Origin: an uncultured Actinomycetes bacterium
GTDB taxonomy: Bacteria; Actinomycetota; UBA4738; HRBIN12
Length of the DNA: 64,000 bases
Reading direction: 5' to 3'
Assembly: GCA_963786805.1 (NCBI GenBank)
Contig: CAWBAK010000004.1
Coordinates: 455,813-519,812 of the forward strand
Shown piece by piece: positions 9,165 through 18,470 of the stretch (positions within the stretch are counted from its first letter, which is position 1; the number at the start of each line of letters is the position of its first letter). The translations under genes and the position numbers were made by a program. The notes beneath the pieces are model-generated. The model did no database searches. It worked only from the letters and a program-made list of their open reading frames with translations, and was not told where the DNA came from.

Positions 9165-10396
9165 TCAGAGCTCACACGCGCGCGTGAACGCTCCCTGCGC
9201 GCCACGGACGCACGTGTCGATCCCCGAGCCGCCGTCGAGCAGGTCGTACTCGGGACCTCCGTTCAGGAGGTCGTCGCCCTGGTCCCCGTGGATCACGTCG
9301 ATCCCGAACTGCCCCTCGACGGTGTCGTTCCCCCGTCCCCCGAAGACGAGGTCGTTTCCGAGCCCGGCACTCACGACGTCGTCGCCCCCGTGCGCGCAGA
9401 TCACGTCGTTCGCGTCGGTGCCTCGGAGATCCGGGTCGCTCACGCCCGCCCCCTCGATCGTGCAGATCGGGAGCGGCTGCCAGTCCGGAGACAGGTCGGG
9501 AGCCGGGTCCTGCGTCAGTCTCGTGAGGAACGTGCCGTCCGGATGGATCGACCAGATGTCGATGTTGCCCTCGCCGATCTGGAACGAGACGAACGCGATG
9601 GTCGTTCCGTCCGGCGACCACGAGGGATCGAAGTCCATGAAGGACGCGCTCGACGTCAGATTGGTCTCGATGCCGGTGAACACGTCGATCGTGATGATGT
9701 CCGACGTTCCCTTCGAACAGCAGCGCTCGACCGCGATCCGGGTGCCGTCCGGCGACCACGAAGGGTTGGCGTCGATGTCGGAGTTCACCGTGAGGGCGTG
9801 CTCTCCGGTCCCGTCCGCGTTCATCACGTAGATCTCGGGGAACCCCCCGTCGCGGTTCGACGTGAACGCGATCCTCGTGCCGTCCGGCGACCACGCGGGC
9901 GAACGATCGGCCGAACCCGAGGGCTGGGTGGTGAGCTGAGCGCGGGCGGTCCCGTCGGCCTTGACGACGAAGATCCGGAACGGGCCGCTCCCCCTGGTCC
10001 GCGCCGCGTAGACGATCTTCGTGCCGTCGGGCGACCACGACGGGTCTCGCTCCGGGAACGGCGTTCTCGTGATCCGCACACGCGCCTTCCCGTCGGACGT
10101 GGCGGTCCACAGGTCCGATCTGCCGCTCTGCGGCAGTGTTCGGACGAACGCGATCCGCCGGCCGTCCGGCGACCATGCCGGCTGCGAATCGGCGATCCCG
10201 TCGTTCTCGGTCAGCGGCGCCGGGTTCTCTCCCGTTGCGTCGAGGGTGAACAACTCGGCATCGCCGTCACGATCGGAGCGGAACGCGAGCATCCGTTGGA
10301 AGACGGCCACAGTGCACTCTGCGCGCTCGCCGGCGGCATCGTGGCGACCGTCAGGGCGCAGATCAGCAGCAGCATGAGACCGGTGGCTCGACGCAT
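9165..10396 (-). CDS. secreted TolB-like beta-propeller (PD40 repeats) fused to RTX calcium-binding repeats; N-terminal frameshift
   Basis: Body (table ORF 9165..10490) has about 7 WSPDG..IAF PD40 blades, then GGDDVVSAGLGNDLVFGGRGNDTVEG..GDQGDDLLNGG nonapeptide repeats. A strong signal peptide MRRATGLMLLLICALTVATMPPASAQ with SD AAGGA starts at 10396 but is one base out of frame with the body (shift ~10300-10320). Confidence 0.7.
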
Positions 10397-10419
10397 GGAG
10401 TCCTTTAGGATGTGTCGCC

Positions 10420-11605
10420 GTGAAACCTACCACCCGTCGTTCGGCGTTCCTGGCCGCCGCACTCGCGTGCTCTGGTGGCGTTGGCCGCAACCGCGCTCGC
10501 AGAGGCGCGCGATCCGAACGAGGAGCCGCGTCCGCTCCGCCCGATCGTGAAGACGCGGAAGATCGCTCCGGGCCTGCTGTTCACCCGGATCATCGAGAGA
10601 CGACCGCCGCGGCGTACCTTCGTCCTGAAAGCCGATCTCTCCCGGCCACTCACGGTGGACATGACCTTGGCCGGTCCGGCGATGCCGAGCTCGCGCACGA
10701 CGAGCGACATCGCGAAGTCCCACGATGCCCTCGCCGCCACCAACGGCGACTTCAGCGTGCCGGGCGTTCGCCCCGTCCACCTGTTCGCGCAGGACGGCGA
10801 CATCCTGCACACGGCCGCGCAGGGCCCGATGTTCGCCCTGCGACGCGACGAAACGGGCGCGTACGTCGGCACGCCCGAACTCGAGATCGCGGTCACCGAT
10901 CTGGACAGCGGACAGACGTTCGATCTGGACCGTTGGAACCGCGGTTCGCCTACCCCGGGAGAGATCGCGGGTTTCTCCCCCGTCGGCGGCACGCTCGAGC
11001 TCACTCCGCCGTTCGCCTGCTCGGTCCGGCTGCTGCCCGACGGCCCTCTTTCGTTCGACGCCGGCGGGACGGGCGTAGTCCGCGCGTTCCACGTCGACGT
11101 CGCCGAGTGCTCCTCCGAACCGATGCCCCGCAAGGGCGGTGTGGTCCTGTCGGCGCCCCCCGCGACGGACGAGGCGACCCAGCTCCTCGCCATGACGCCG
11201 GGAACGCCGATGCGACTCCGATGGTCCCTCGGCTGGGAGAACGTGTACGACGCGATCGGCGGCATGCCCATCCTCGTCGAGGACGGCCGGGTCGTCGCGG
11301 AGGGCTGTTCGAGCGCGTTCTGCCGACGCAACCCGCGGACCGCGATCGGCTGGACGGCGAGCGGGCGCGTTCTGTTGGTCGTTATCGACGGGCGCCAGCC
11401 CCGCTGGTCGGTCGGCTCCGCGCTCGGCGAGCTCGCCAAACTGATGGTCGACCTCGGTGCGGTGTACGCCCTGAACCTGGACGGAGGCGGAACCAGCGCG
11501 ATGTGGGTCGACGGCGAGCTCGTGAACCGGCCCTCGGACGGGCAGCAGCGGGTCACGACCACTTCGGTGCTGGTCCTGCCCGGCAACGATCCCGGAGAGG
11601 TGTGA
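10420..11605 (+). CDS. phosphodiester glycosidase family protein (DUF2233/NAGPA-like), secreted; frameshift inside signal peptide
   Basis: Body is ORF 10475..11605 (..NGDFSVPG..LNLDGGGTSAMWVDGELVNRPSDG). The signal/lipobox MKPTTRRSAFLAAALACSGG begins at GTG 10420 in another frame; both merge into one hydrophobic leader if one base is corrected near 10465-10475. Confidence 0.65.
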
Positions 11606-11638
11606 ATCCCTCCGAGGCCCTCACCTCTGCCTTCCCGA

Positions 11639-13028
11639 TCAAGCGTTGAACGCCACAGGAGACCTGGCGCGGGGGCACACGTCACTGCCCAAGACCAGCT
11701 TGCGAGCGACCGAGCGGTACGCGCCGCCTCGGTCGGGGATCCGCTCCCGATAGAGACCGGCGGCGTCCGTCGTCGCCAGCTCGACCGTCCGCCAGTCGCC
11801 GGAGACACGCCGCTGGATCCGGACGGTGACGTTCCGGAAGCAGCTGGCGAATCCGTCCGAAGCAGAGACCATTCCGCGCGCCACGAGGTGACGGCTGAGG
11901 GCAAGCGTGATGGATCGAGCGTGCACCGTGGCCGTGACGGTGAAGTCCGTCGCGCTCGTGCCGGTCCCGCTCGCGTTCGTCACGGTGATCCGGCCGGTCG
12001 TCGCTCCGACCGGCACGACGGCGGTGATCCTCGTGGACGAGACGACGTTGAAGCTGCTCGCCGCGGTTCCGTTGAACCTCACCGAGGTCGTCCCCGTGAA
12101 GTTCGTCCCATCGATCGCGACGGTCGTCCCGCTGGGACCGCTGGTGGGCGAGAACGACGTGATCGTCGGCGACCCGGTCGGCGTCACCGTGAAGTTGCCC
12201 GTGCTCGTCGTCGGTCCCGCCGGGCGTGGTCACGCTGATCCGGCCAGTCATGGCACCGGATGGCACCACGGCGGTGATCTGCGTCGGGGAGTTGACCGTG
12301 AAGTTGGTCGCGCTGGTGTTCTTGAACTTCACCTCCGTTGCGCCGGTGAAGTTCGTCCCCGTGATGACCACCGAGGTGCCCACAGGGCCGGAGGTCGGAA
12401 CGAACGAGGTGATCGTCGGCGCCGCCGCCGCGCCGGTCACCGTGAAGTCCTGGTTGCTGGTCGCCGTCCCGCCCGGCGTGGTCACGCTGATCCGACCCGT
12501 CGTCGCGCTGTTCGGCACGGTGGCGGTGAGCTGGGTGCCGGAGGGATTCCACGAGAACGTCGTCGCGTTCGTGAGGTTGAACTTGACCGCCGTCGTTCCC
12601 ACGAGGTTCGAGCCGTTGATCGTGACGGAGGTCCCGACGGCTCCACTTGTTGGGGAGAAGTTCGTGATGCTCGGAGCGCACGACGAGGAGACCGTGAAGT
12701 TGTCGGTGCTCTCGCCCGAGCCGTCCGGCGTCGTGACCAAGATCCTCCCGCTCGTGGCGCCGGCGGGCACGACGGCGGTGATCGAGTTGGGCGAGCCCGT
12801 GAAGGTCGTCTGATCGACGCCGTTGAACTCAACCAGGGTGGCACCCTGGAAGTGGCTGCCGGAGATCGTGATCGAGGTGCCGACCGGGCCACACGCGGGC
12901 GTGAACGCACCGACCGTGGGCGCCGGGGCCGCTTCGGCAACAGGCGCAACGGAAAGGCTCAGCACGACGACCGCCAGCGACACCGAACCGATGAGGCGGC
13001 GGGGCAGCGAGCGACTCGAAGGACTCAT
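11639..13028 (-). CDS. cell-surface protein with tandem IPT/TIG domains; frameshift ~12200
   Basis: ATG 13028 with GGGAGG SD 4 nt upstream; MSPSSRSLPRRLIGSVSLAVVVLSLSVAPVAEA signal; at least five repeats of ..PTSGPVGTSVTITGTNFTGAT.VKF..T.AT.FTV.S.T.ITAVVP.GATTGRI.VTTPGG spread over ORFs 11682..13040 and 11639..12187 (different frames). Confidence 0.7.
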
Positions 13029-13121
13029 TTCGCCTCCCAAGTGAGGCGATAAAGCCTAGCCGCTCTCCTCCGAGGCACACAAGACGAAACCCACTTTCGC
13101 CCACCGCACGGTGAGCGCGGC

Positions 13122-13857
13122 TTACGCGGCCGCAGAGAGCGTCACGTAGTTCGCCCGCGCGCTCTCTGTGTAGAGGGCGTACGCCTCGTCGGACTGGAGG
13201 TATGCCGGGACGTATCCGAGGATCCGCTCGTACCTGGCAGCCTCGAACTCCCGCGCGGACGCGAGGCTCCACCCCGCGTTGTTCCGTAGCTCTTCGAGGA
13301 GGTCCGTGCCGATCACCTCGGTGCTCCCGAACATGGCGGACCCGATCTCGTGACCTAGGACGACACCGGTCGCGAGGTCGACGACCGCATCCCCGTTCCG
13401 GATCACCGCGACGCGCAAGGGATCGAAGAACGAGTTCCTCGTGATGCCGAAGCGGTCAGCTGCCGCCTGTGCCAGAACGAGCTGTCTTGGAGAGCCGAGG
13501 CCGGCCGCACGAGACAGGACCGCATCCCCGCGCGCCGATACGAACAGGCCCACCGTCGTCAGTTGCCGAACGAATGCGGGAGTGAGCTGCGACGCTGCTT
13601 GCCCGTGCCCGGACATCGCCTCGCTTGGGCTCCGGTTCCGAGAGTCCCGCCTGCGCCGAGGGCTGCGCCTCGGCCGGAACCACCTCCTGGCTGGAGCCGC
13701 CGACAGGAAACGAGAGGTCCTCGAAGGGGACCGGCACCGAAAACGTCGGGGCGGTCCCTCCATCCGGAATCGCCCGCGCCATCAACGGTACCGTCATCAA
13801 CAGGCCGAGCAACAGGATCATGGTTGGGCTGACCGACGTACGCGACCGAAGTTCCAT
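13122..13857 (-). CDS. secreted hypothetical protein; frameshift ~13620
   Basis: ATG 13857 with GGAGGAGGG SD; MELRSRTSVSPTMILLLGLLMTVPLMARA signal and Pro/Glu-rich linker in ORF 13456..13959; conserved-looking C-terminal domain (..VIRNGDAVVDLATGVVLGHEIGSAMFG..) in ORF 13122..13763, another frame. Confidence 0.5.
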
Positions 13858-14027
13858 GGACGGATCCCTCCTCCAACGCGCAAGACCGTTCAGTGTCCCG
13901 CCTTCGCTCGAATCGTGCAAGGGACCTCGTCTGCCGGTCGATTCGGCTCTCGATCTCAACCAGGCGCGTGCGGGAATACCGACCGACCCCCGGCACAGGC
14001 CGGGGGTCGGTCGAAACGTACCGACGG

Positions 14028-15773
14028 TCAGTTCTCGCAGCCCGCGATCGAGTCGCTGCCCGGGCCTCCGTTGCAGGTGTCGTTGCCCGGACCGCCGTTG
14101 ATCGCATCGTTCCCTCCGCCGCCGCGGATGTTGTCATTCCCGGCGCCACCGCGGAGGCCGTCGTTACCAGAGCCACCCTTCAACGCGTCGTCGCCGCCGC
14201 CGCCGAGAACGGTGTCGTTGCCCGCCCCCGCTCTGACGGTATCGCGGCCGCCACCGCCTCGTGCCGTGTCGTCACCAGCGCCGCCGCGCAGAGTGTCGTC
14301 GCCATCTCCACCGGACAGCGTGTCGTTACCGGCTCCCCCGGCGAGCGTGTTGGCGGAGCCGTTCCCGACGAGCGTGTCAGCGAACGCCGAGCCCGTCACG
14401 TTCTCCACGGTGGTGAGGACGAGGGTGTCTGTCCCCTGGCCGGTCGCGACGCCCGTCGCGAGATTCACGTTGACGGCAGCAGCAGCAGCACCGTAGTGCG
14501 CGACATCCGTGCCGTTGCCGCCGTTCATGATGTCGTTCCCGTTGCCTCCGACCAGCCGGTCGTTGCCGTCGTCGCCGTTCAGGGTGTCGTCCCCGTCGCC
14601 CCCGTCGATCGTGTCGTCGCCGACACCCCCCGAGATCACGTTGTTGCCCGTGCTGCCGGTGAGGAGGTCGGCGCCGGAGCCACCGGTCAGGTTCTCCGTG
14701 GTCGTGATGGTGTCGGTCCCCGCGCCGACCGTGTTCTGGGCGGCCACGACCGCAAGGCTCACCGTAACGGCCGCGGCCGACGTGGAGTAGCTGGCCGTGT
14801 CCGTTCCGATGCCGCCGTTGATCCCGTCGTTGCCGAGATCACCGATCAGCGTGTCGTTGCCATCGTCGCCGTTCAGGGTGTCGTCGCCTGCTCCACCGTT
14901 GATCACGTCGTCGCCGGCGGCACCCGAGATGACGTTGTTGACGGTGCTGCCTGTCAGGATGTCTGCTGCCGAGCCACCCGTCAGGTTCTCGACGTTCGTG
15001 ATCGTATCGCTCCCCGCGCCTCCGGTGTTCTGCGCCGTTGTCGTCGCGAGGTTCACGGTCAGGGCGGCAGCGATCCCAGTGTACGTCAGCGTATCGGTCC
15101 CGGCGCCCCCGTTGAGCGTGTCCGCGTCCGTTCCGGTACCGCCGTTCAAGGTGTCGTTGCCGTTACCGCCCGTGAGGCTGTCGGCCCCGGCTTCGCCGTT
15201 GATCGTGATCGCGGTCGCGAACGTGGCACCGTTCACGCTGTCGTTACCACCGCCGGTGTTGACGGTGAAGTTCTCGATGCCCGCTTGGGTGATATCGGAC
15301 CCGTTCACCTCGAACGGAACGAACGTGATGGTGTCGACTCCTCCCGAGCCCGTGATCGTCAACGAGTCGGTCCCGCCGAGCAGGTCGATGTTGAAGTCGT
15401 CGTCGTCGTCGAACGAGCCGCCCGCACCACCGTCATTGATGGTGACGCTCTCGTTCCCGGCGGCGCCGTCCACATCGATCGTGCCGATGTCGGCGGAATC
15501 GTTGTTGTCGCAGTCCCCGTCCGCCTGGGGCGCGATGACGATGTCGCCGTTGGCGGCGAGCGAGAAGGTGACGGAATCGCCCGACGCCAGGTCGACATTG
15601 AGGACTTGATTCGGTGACACGCCCGTGGCTGCTTCGCAGGTCACCGCGGCCATGGCGGGGATCGCCGTTAGGCCGACGACGAAGGTCGCCGTGAGTACGG
15701 AGAACAAGAGCGCGCCGAGCCGCCTCGCAACCTTGCGCGGCCGAGTCGCACGGGCAGTAGCGTGAGCCAACAT
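14028..15773 (-). CDS. secreted RTX (hemolysin-type calcium-binding repeat) protein 1
   Basis: ATG 15773 with AAGGGAGG SD; signal MLAHATARATRPRKVARRLGALLFSVLTATFVVGLTAIPAMA; more than 25 GGxGxDxL/I nonapeptide repeats (GGAGDDTLNGDDGNDTLIG..). Confidence 0.8.
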   Translation of the reverse strand: MLAHATARATRPRKVARRLGALLFSVLTATFVVGLTAIPAMAAVTCEAATGVSPNQVLNVDLASGDSVTFSLAANGDIVIAPQADGDCDNNDSADIGTIDVDGAAGNESVTINDGGAGGSFDDDDDFNIDLLGGTDSLTITGSGGVDTITFVPFEVNGSDITQAGIENFTVNTGGGNDSVNGATFATAITINGEAGADSLTGGNGNDTLNGGTGTDADTLNGGAGTDTLTYTGIAAALTVNLATTTAQNTGGAGSDTITNVENLTGGSAADILTGSTVNNVISGAAGDDVINGGAGDDTLNGDDGNDTLIGDLGNDGINGGIGTDTASYSTSAAAVTVSLAVVAAQNTVGAGTDTITTTENLTGGSGADLLTGSTGNNVISGGVGDDTIDGGDGDDTLNGDDGNDRLVGGNGNDIMNGGNGTDVAHYGAAAAAVNVNLATGVATGQGTDTLVLTTVENVTGSAFADTLVGNGSANTLAGGAGNDTLSGGDGDDTLRGGAGDDTARGGGGRDTVRAGAGNDTVLGGGGDDALKGGSGNDGLRGGAGNDNIRGGGGNDAINGGPGNDTCNGGPGSDSIAGCEN

Positions 15774-15905
15774 GTGGTCCTCCCTTAGTCCAAGACGCTG
15801 CGGGGGAAGCGCCCCCCGCCAGACCCCCAACCCTATGCATCGTTGCTTCCAGAATCAAGGCATGCCGAAGGGAACCTGAGACCGACCCAGAGCGTCTACA
15901 CCCGT

Positions 15906-16262
15906 TTACGCATTTCCGGCACCCGAAACTACCCGGCTCCTGCCAGACCATCCGGGCGGAAGCGGATCGCACAGCGACTGCGCCGTGGCGGGACGTCTCT
16001 CGACGACCCTACTGAACCGTTGGCGCGTGATCAGGTTCTGCAGCTCATACGGATCCTCGTCGTATCGGTAACTCCTCCTCTCCCGTCGTGAGCCGTGTAT
16101 AGAGGTCGTTCGCCGTGCGGAACGAGCAAAACGGCGGCGCCCTCCCCTCGAGGCCTCGCCGAACAGTCCCGTCCGATAACCGACCTCGTTCAGCCACGTC
16201 GCGAGCGTCGAGGAGTCGTCGAAGGCCGCGAAGCCGCCGCTCGGGCCGTCGTTCCCGTACAC
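15906..16262 (-). pseudogene. possible sulfatase gene remnant
   Basis: Stop-free ORF in the 620-bp gap between the two RTX genes. It contains sulfatase-like ..DDSSTLATWLNEVGYRTGLFGE.. joined to a C-terminal-like ..YRYDEDPYELQNLI.. in about 118 aa, consistent with a collapsed arylsulfatase. Confidence 0.3.
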
Positions 16263-16332
16263 CCCATTGGGAGTGCAGGAACACGATCCCGCGCTTCATC
16301 CGCACTCCCGACGAGACGAGGGCCTTAGACAA

Positions 16333-16362
16333 GGAATCGGCCCCCTTTCGGGGGCCGATTCC
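16333..16362. terminator. perfect 13-bp stem / 4-nt loop hairpin (GGAATCGGCCCCC-TTTC-GGGGGCCGATTCC), likely terminator of RTX gene 2
   Basis: Lies 31 nt downstream of the RTX2 stop (16394) on the minus strand; followed by TTTGCGTT on the plus strand and UUGUCUAA on the minus strand. Confidence 0.45.
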
Positions 16363-16393
16363 TTTGCGTTCTGCGGTGCTACGCGTTTGGTCC

Positions 16394-18211
16394 TTAGACC
16401 AGACGAGCCGCCTGCGGAGCCCGAGGGTTCCCTCGTGTCCCGCAGCTCCGCCGGATCTCGACCTGGCTGCAAGTGTCGTTGCCCTTGCCGCCGTTGCCGA
16501 CGTCCGTGCCGGAGCCACCGAACAGCCGGTCGTTGCCGGCAGCACCACGGAGGGTGTCGTCGCCATTGACGCCGCGAAGCACGTCGTTGCCCTTGCCACC
16601 CTTCAGTGTGTCGTTCCCGCTGAAGCCGGTCAGCGTGTCGTTACCGCCGCGGCCGTTGAACAGGAAGTTGACCGTGCCGCCGCCCGCGAACGGGCCGCCG
16701 GTGATCTGGTCGTTGAACTGGGAGCCTACGACGATCTCGACGATGTCGCCGAAACCATCATCGCCTTCGCCGCTGGCGAACCCGAGGCTCAGGTCGACGT
16801 TGACACCGTTGGCCGAGTTGATGAAGCTCACTCGGTCGGCGCCGGTTCCACCGGTGAAGGTGTCGTTGCCCTCACGGCCGACCAGCGTGTCGTTGCCCGC
16901 GAAACCACTCAGGATGTCGTCGCCGACACCACCATCGAGGAGGTTGCGCACGTCGTTACCGAGGAGCGTGTCGTTCGACGAGCCACCGATCGCATGGTCC
17001 AGGCTGTCAGCCGTGAACGGTCCGAGCGGAGCGACGCCGTTGTCCAGCGCATCCAGGTCGATCAACTGGCCCGAGGTCTTCGCGGACGCGTCGACCAGGT
17101 CGATCCCAGCCCCACCGACGAACGTGTTGGTGGTCGGGTCGTCCCAGATCAGGACGTTGCCGGCCGCTGCCCCGACGAAGTTGGTCGGGCCGTCGAACGT
17201 GTCGGCACCCTGACCCGTGGCGGTACCGAGCGCCGGGGTGATCGTCATCGCGGCCGACGAGGTCGACCAGTCGATCGTGTCACCAGCGTCGCCGGTGACA
17301 TCGTCGTCGCCGTCACCCGGAGTGTAGGCCGAATCCCCACATCCACCATCGTCCAGCGTGTCGGCCCCAGTACCGGTGATGACGATCTCGAAGCAGTCGA
17401 TGGAGTCGACCTCTTCTCCCGCGTCATCGTTGTCACCGTCGGCGTTGGCATCACGGCCCGCGTCGCTCCCGTTCAGGACGAACGTGGAGGTCGTGCGGGT
17501 CGCGTAGCTGAGCGTGTCCACGCCGCTGCCGCCGCTGACGTCGCCGTCATCGGCCGTGCCCGGAGACAGGACGTCGTCGCCGTCGTGGCCGTGCAGACGG
17601 TCAACCACGAAGGTCAATGCGCTCGCGTCCCACACGTCGTCTCCGTCGCAGCCCTCAGCGTCGTATTGCTCGACCCCGAGGACCTCACCGAGGCCGCCGT
17701 TCAGGTTGAACGTCGTGTTCGTCAGGACGACCGTGTTGTCCTGGTCGCAGTTGACGAAGATCCCCAGCAGGTCGGTCGTGAGCGCCGGGTTCGCTCCGAG
17801 GTCGATGTGCCACGCGATCGCGGTACTGAACGTTCCGCCGCTGGCCTCATCGATGTCGAATTCCTCGGCGTCGCTCGGCGCGCCGAGAACGACGATGGAG
17901 ACGGTGTTCGAGTTCGACGCGCTACCACAGGCGACGAAGCCGGTGACTCCGTCGTCGAACAGGATCGCCCCCGCCGGCGCCGCCGGATCGAGGTCGTCCG
18001 CAGTCGTCTCCACAGCCACGGCCGCAGTGGCGCCCGGGTCGATCGTGATGTTGATCGTGTCGGTGGCGGGGTTGTACGTGCAGGCTGTTACGGCCGACGC
18101 TACCCCGGCTCCGACGATCGCCAGGGCCTGGAAGCCGACGAGAGCGAAGGTGGTTACCAGCGCTCTCGAGGCCATGCCCCGGCGAGATTTCCCTTTACGG
18201 AGGAAGCTCAT
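16394..18211 (-). CDS. secreted RTX (hemolysin-type calcium-binding repeat) protein 2
   Basis: ATG 18211 with AAAGGAG SD 7 nt upstream; signal [40 protein letters not shown]; Asp/Gly-rich N-terminal region, then GGxGxD repeats ([59 protein letters not shown]). Confidence 0.8.
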   Translation of the reverse strand: MSFLRKGKSRRGMASRALVTTFALVGFQALAIVGAGVASAVTACTYNPATDTINITIDPGATAAVAVETTADDLDPAAPAGAILFDDGVTGFVACGSASNSNTVSIVVLGAPSDAEEFDIDEASGGTFSTAIAWHIDLGANPALTTDLLGIFVNCDQDNTVVLTNTTFNLNGGLGEVLGVEQYDAEGCDGDDVWDASALTFVVDRLHGHDGDDVLSPGTADDGDVSGGSGVDTLSYATRTTSTFVLNGSDAGRDANADGDNDDAGEEVDSIDCFEIVITGTGADTLDDGGCGDSAYTPGDGDDDVTGDAGDTIDWSTSSAAMTITPALGTATGQGADTFDGPTNFVGAAAGNVLIWDDPTTNTFVGGAGIDLVDASAKTSGQLIDLDALDNGVAPLGPFTADSLDHAIGGSSNDTLLGNDVRNLLDGGVGDDILSGFAGNDTLVGREGNDTFTGGTGADRVSFINSANGVNVDLSLGFASGEGDDGFGDIVEIVVGSQFNDQITGGPFAGGGTVNFLFNGRGGNDTLTGFSGNDTLKGGKGNDVLRGVNGDDTLRGAAGNDRLFGGSGTDVGNGGKGNDTCSQVEIRRSCGTRGNPRAPQAARLV

Positions 18212-18470
18212 AAATGGGCTCCTTTCTCTCCTCCGTCCAAAACGAACAAGTTCCGCGCAGGGACGCAAAGACCCTGCAGGGGGAAGTCCGGGCGGATGCT
18301 ATGCCCGTGAACCTGGCGAGTCAAATACGCCAACCTCCCCTTGCCACACCCAGCTTCCGGTGCTGGGGCGCCGCGTCCCCCCTTTCGGGCGTCCATACGC
18401 GGGAGCGGCCTTCGCCGCTTCCGGTCTAGATAACGGCGCTCGTATCGAAAGGTTGCTGGGGGCCAAGGTT

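Noticed and set aside
10292-10292. Internal Met (MLAFRSDRDG..) as the true start of the TolB-RTX gene
   Set aside because: It would remove the signal peptide from a protein family that is periplasmic or extracellular, while a perfect signal peptide with SD lies immediately upstream in the +1 frame. The frameshift explanation is preferred but not proven.
14028-18211. Possibility of a CRISPR array or other non-coding tandem repeats
   Set aside because: The only periodic repeats are the in-frame 27-nt nonapeptide codons of the RTX genes and the ~250-bp TIG domain units. No direct-repeat/unique-spacer structure exists anywhere in the window.
13893-18310. Plus-strand ORFs 13893..15617, 16115..18310 and the Pro/Ser-rich ORFs 13441..14496, 14797..15609, 16473..17213, 17514..18545
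   Set aside because: All are antisense or off-frame to the two RTX genes, whose GGxGxD repeats and signal peptides are unambiguous. The repetitive GC-rich repeats keep the alternative frames open.
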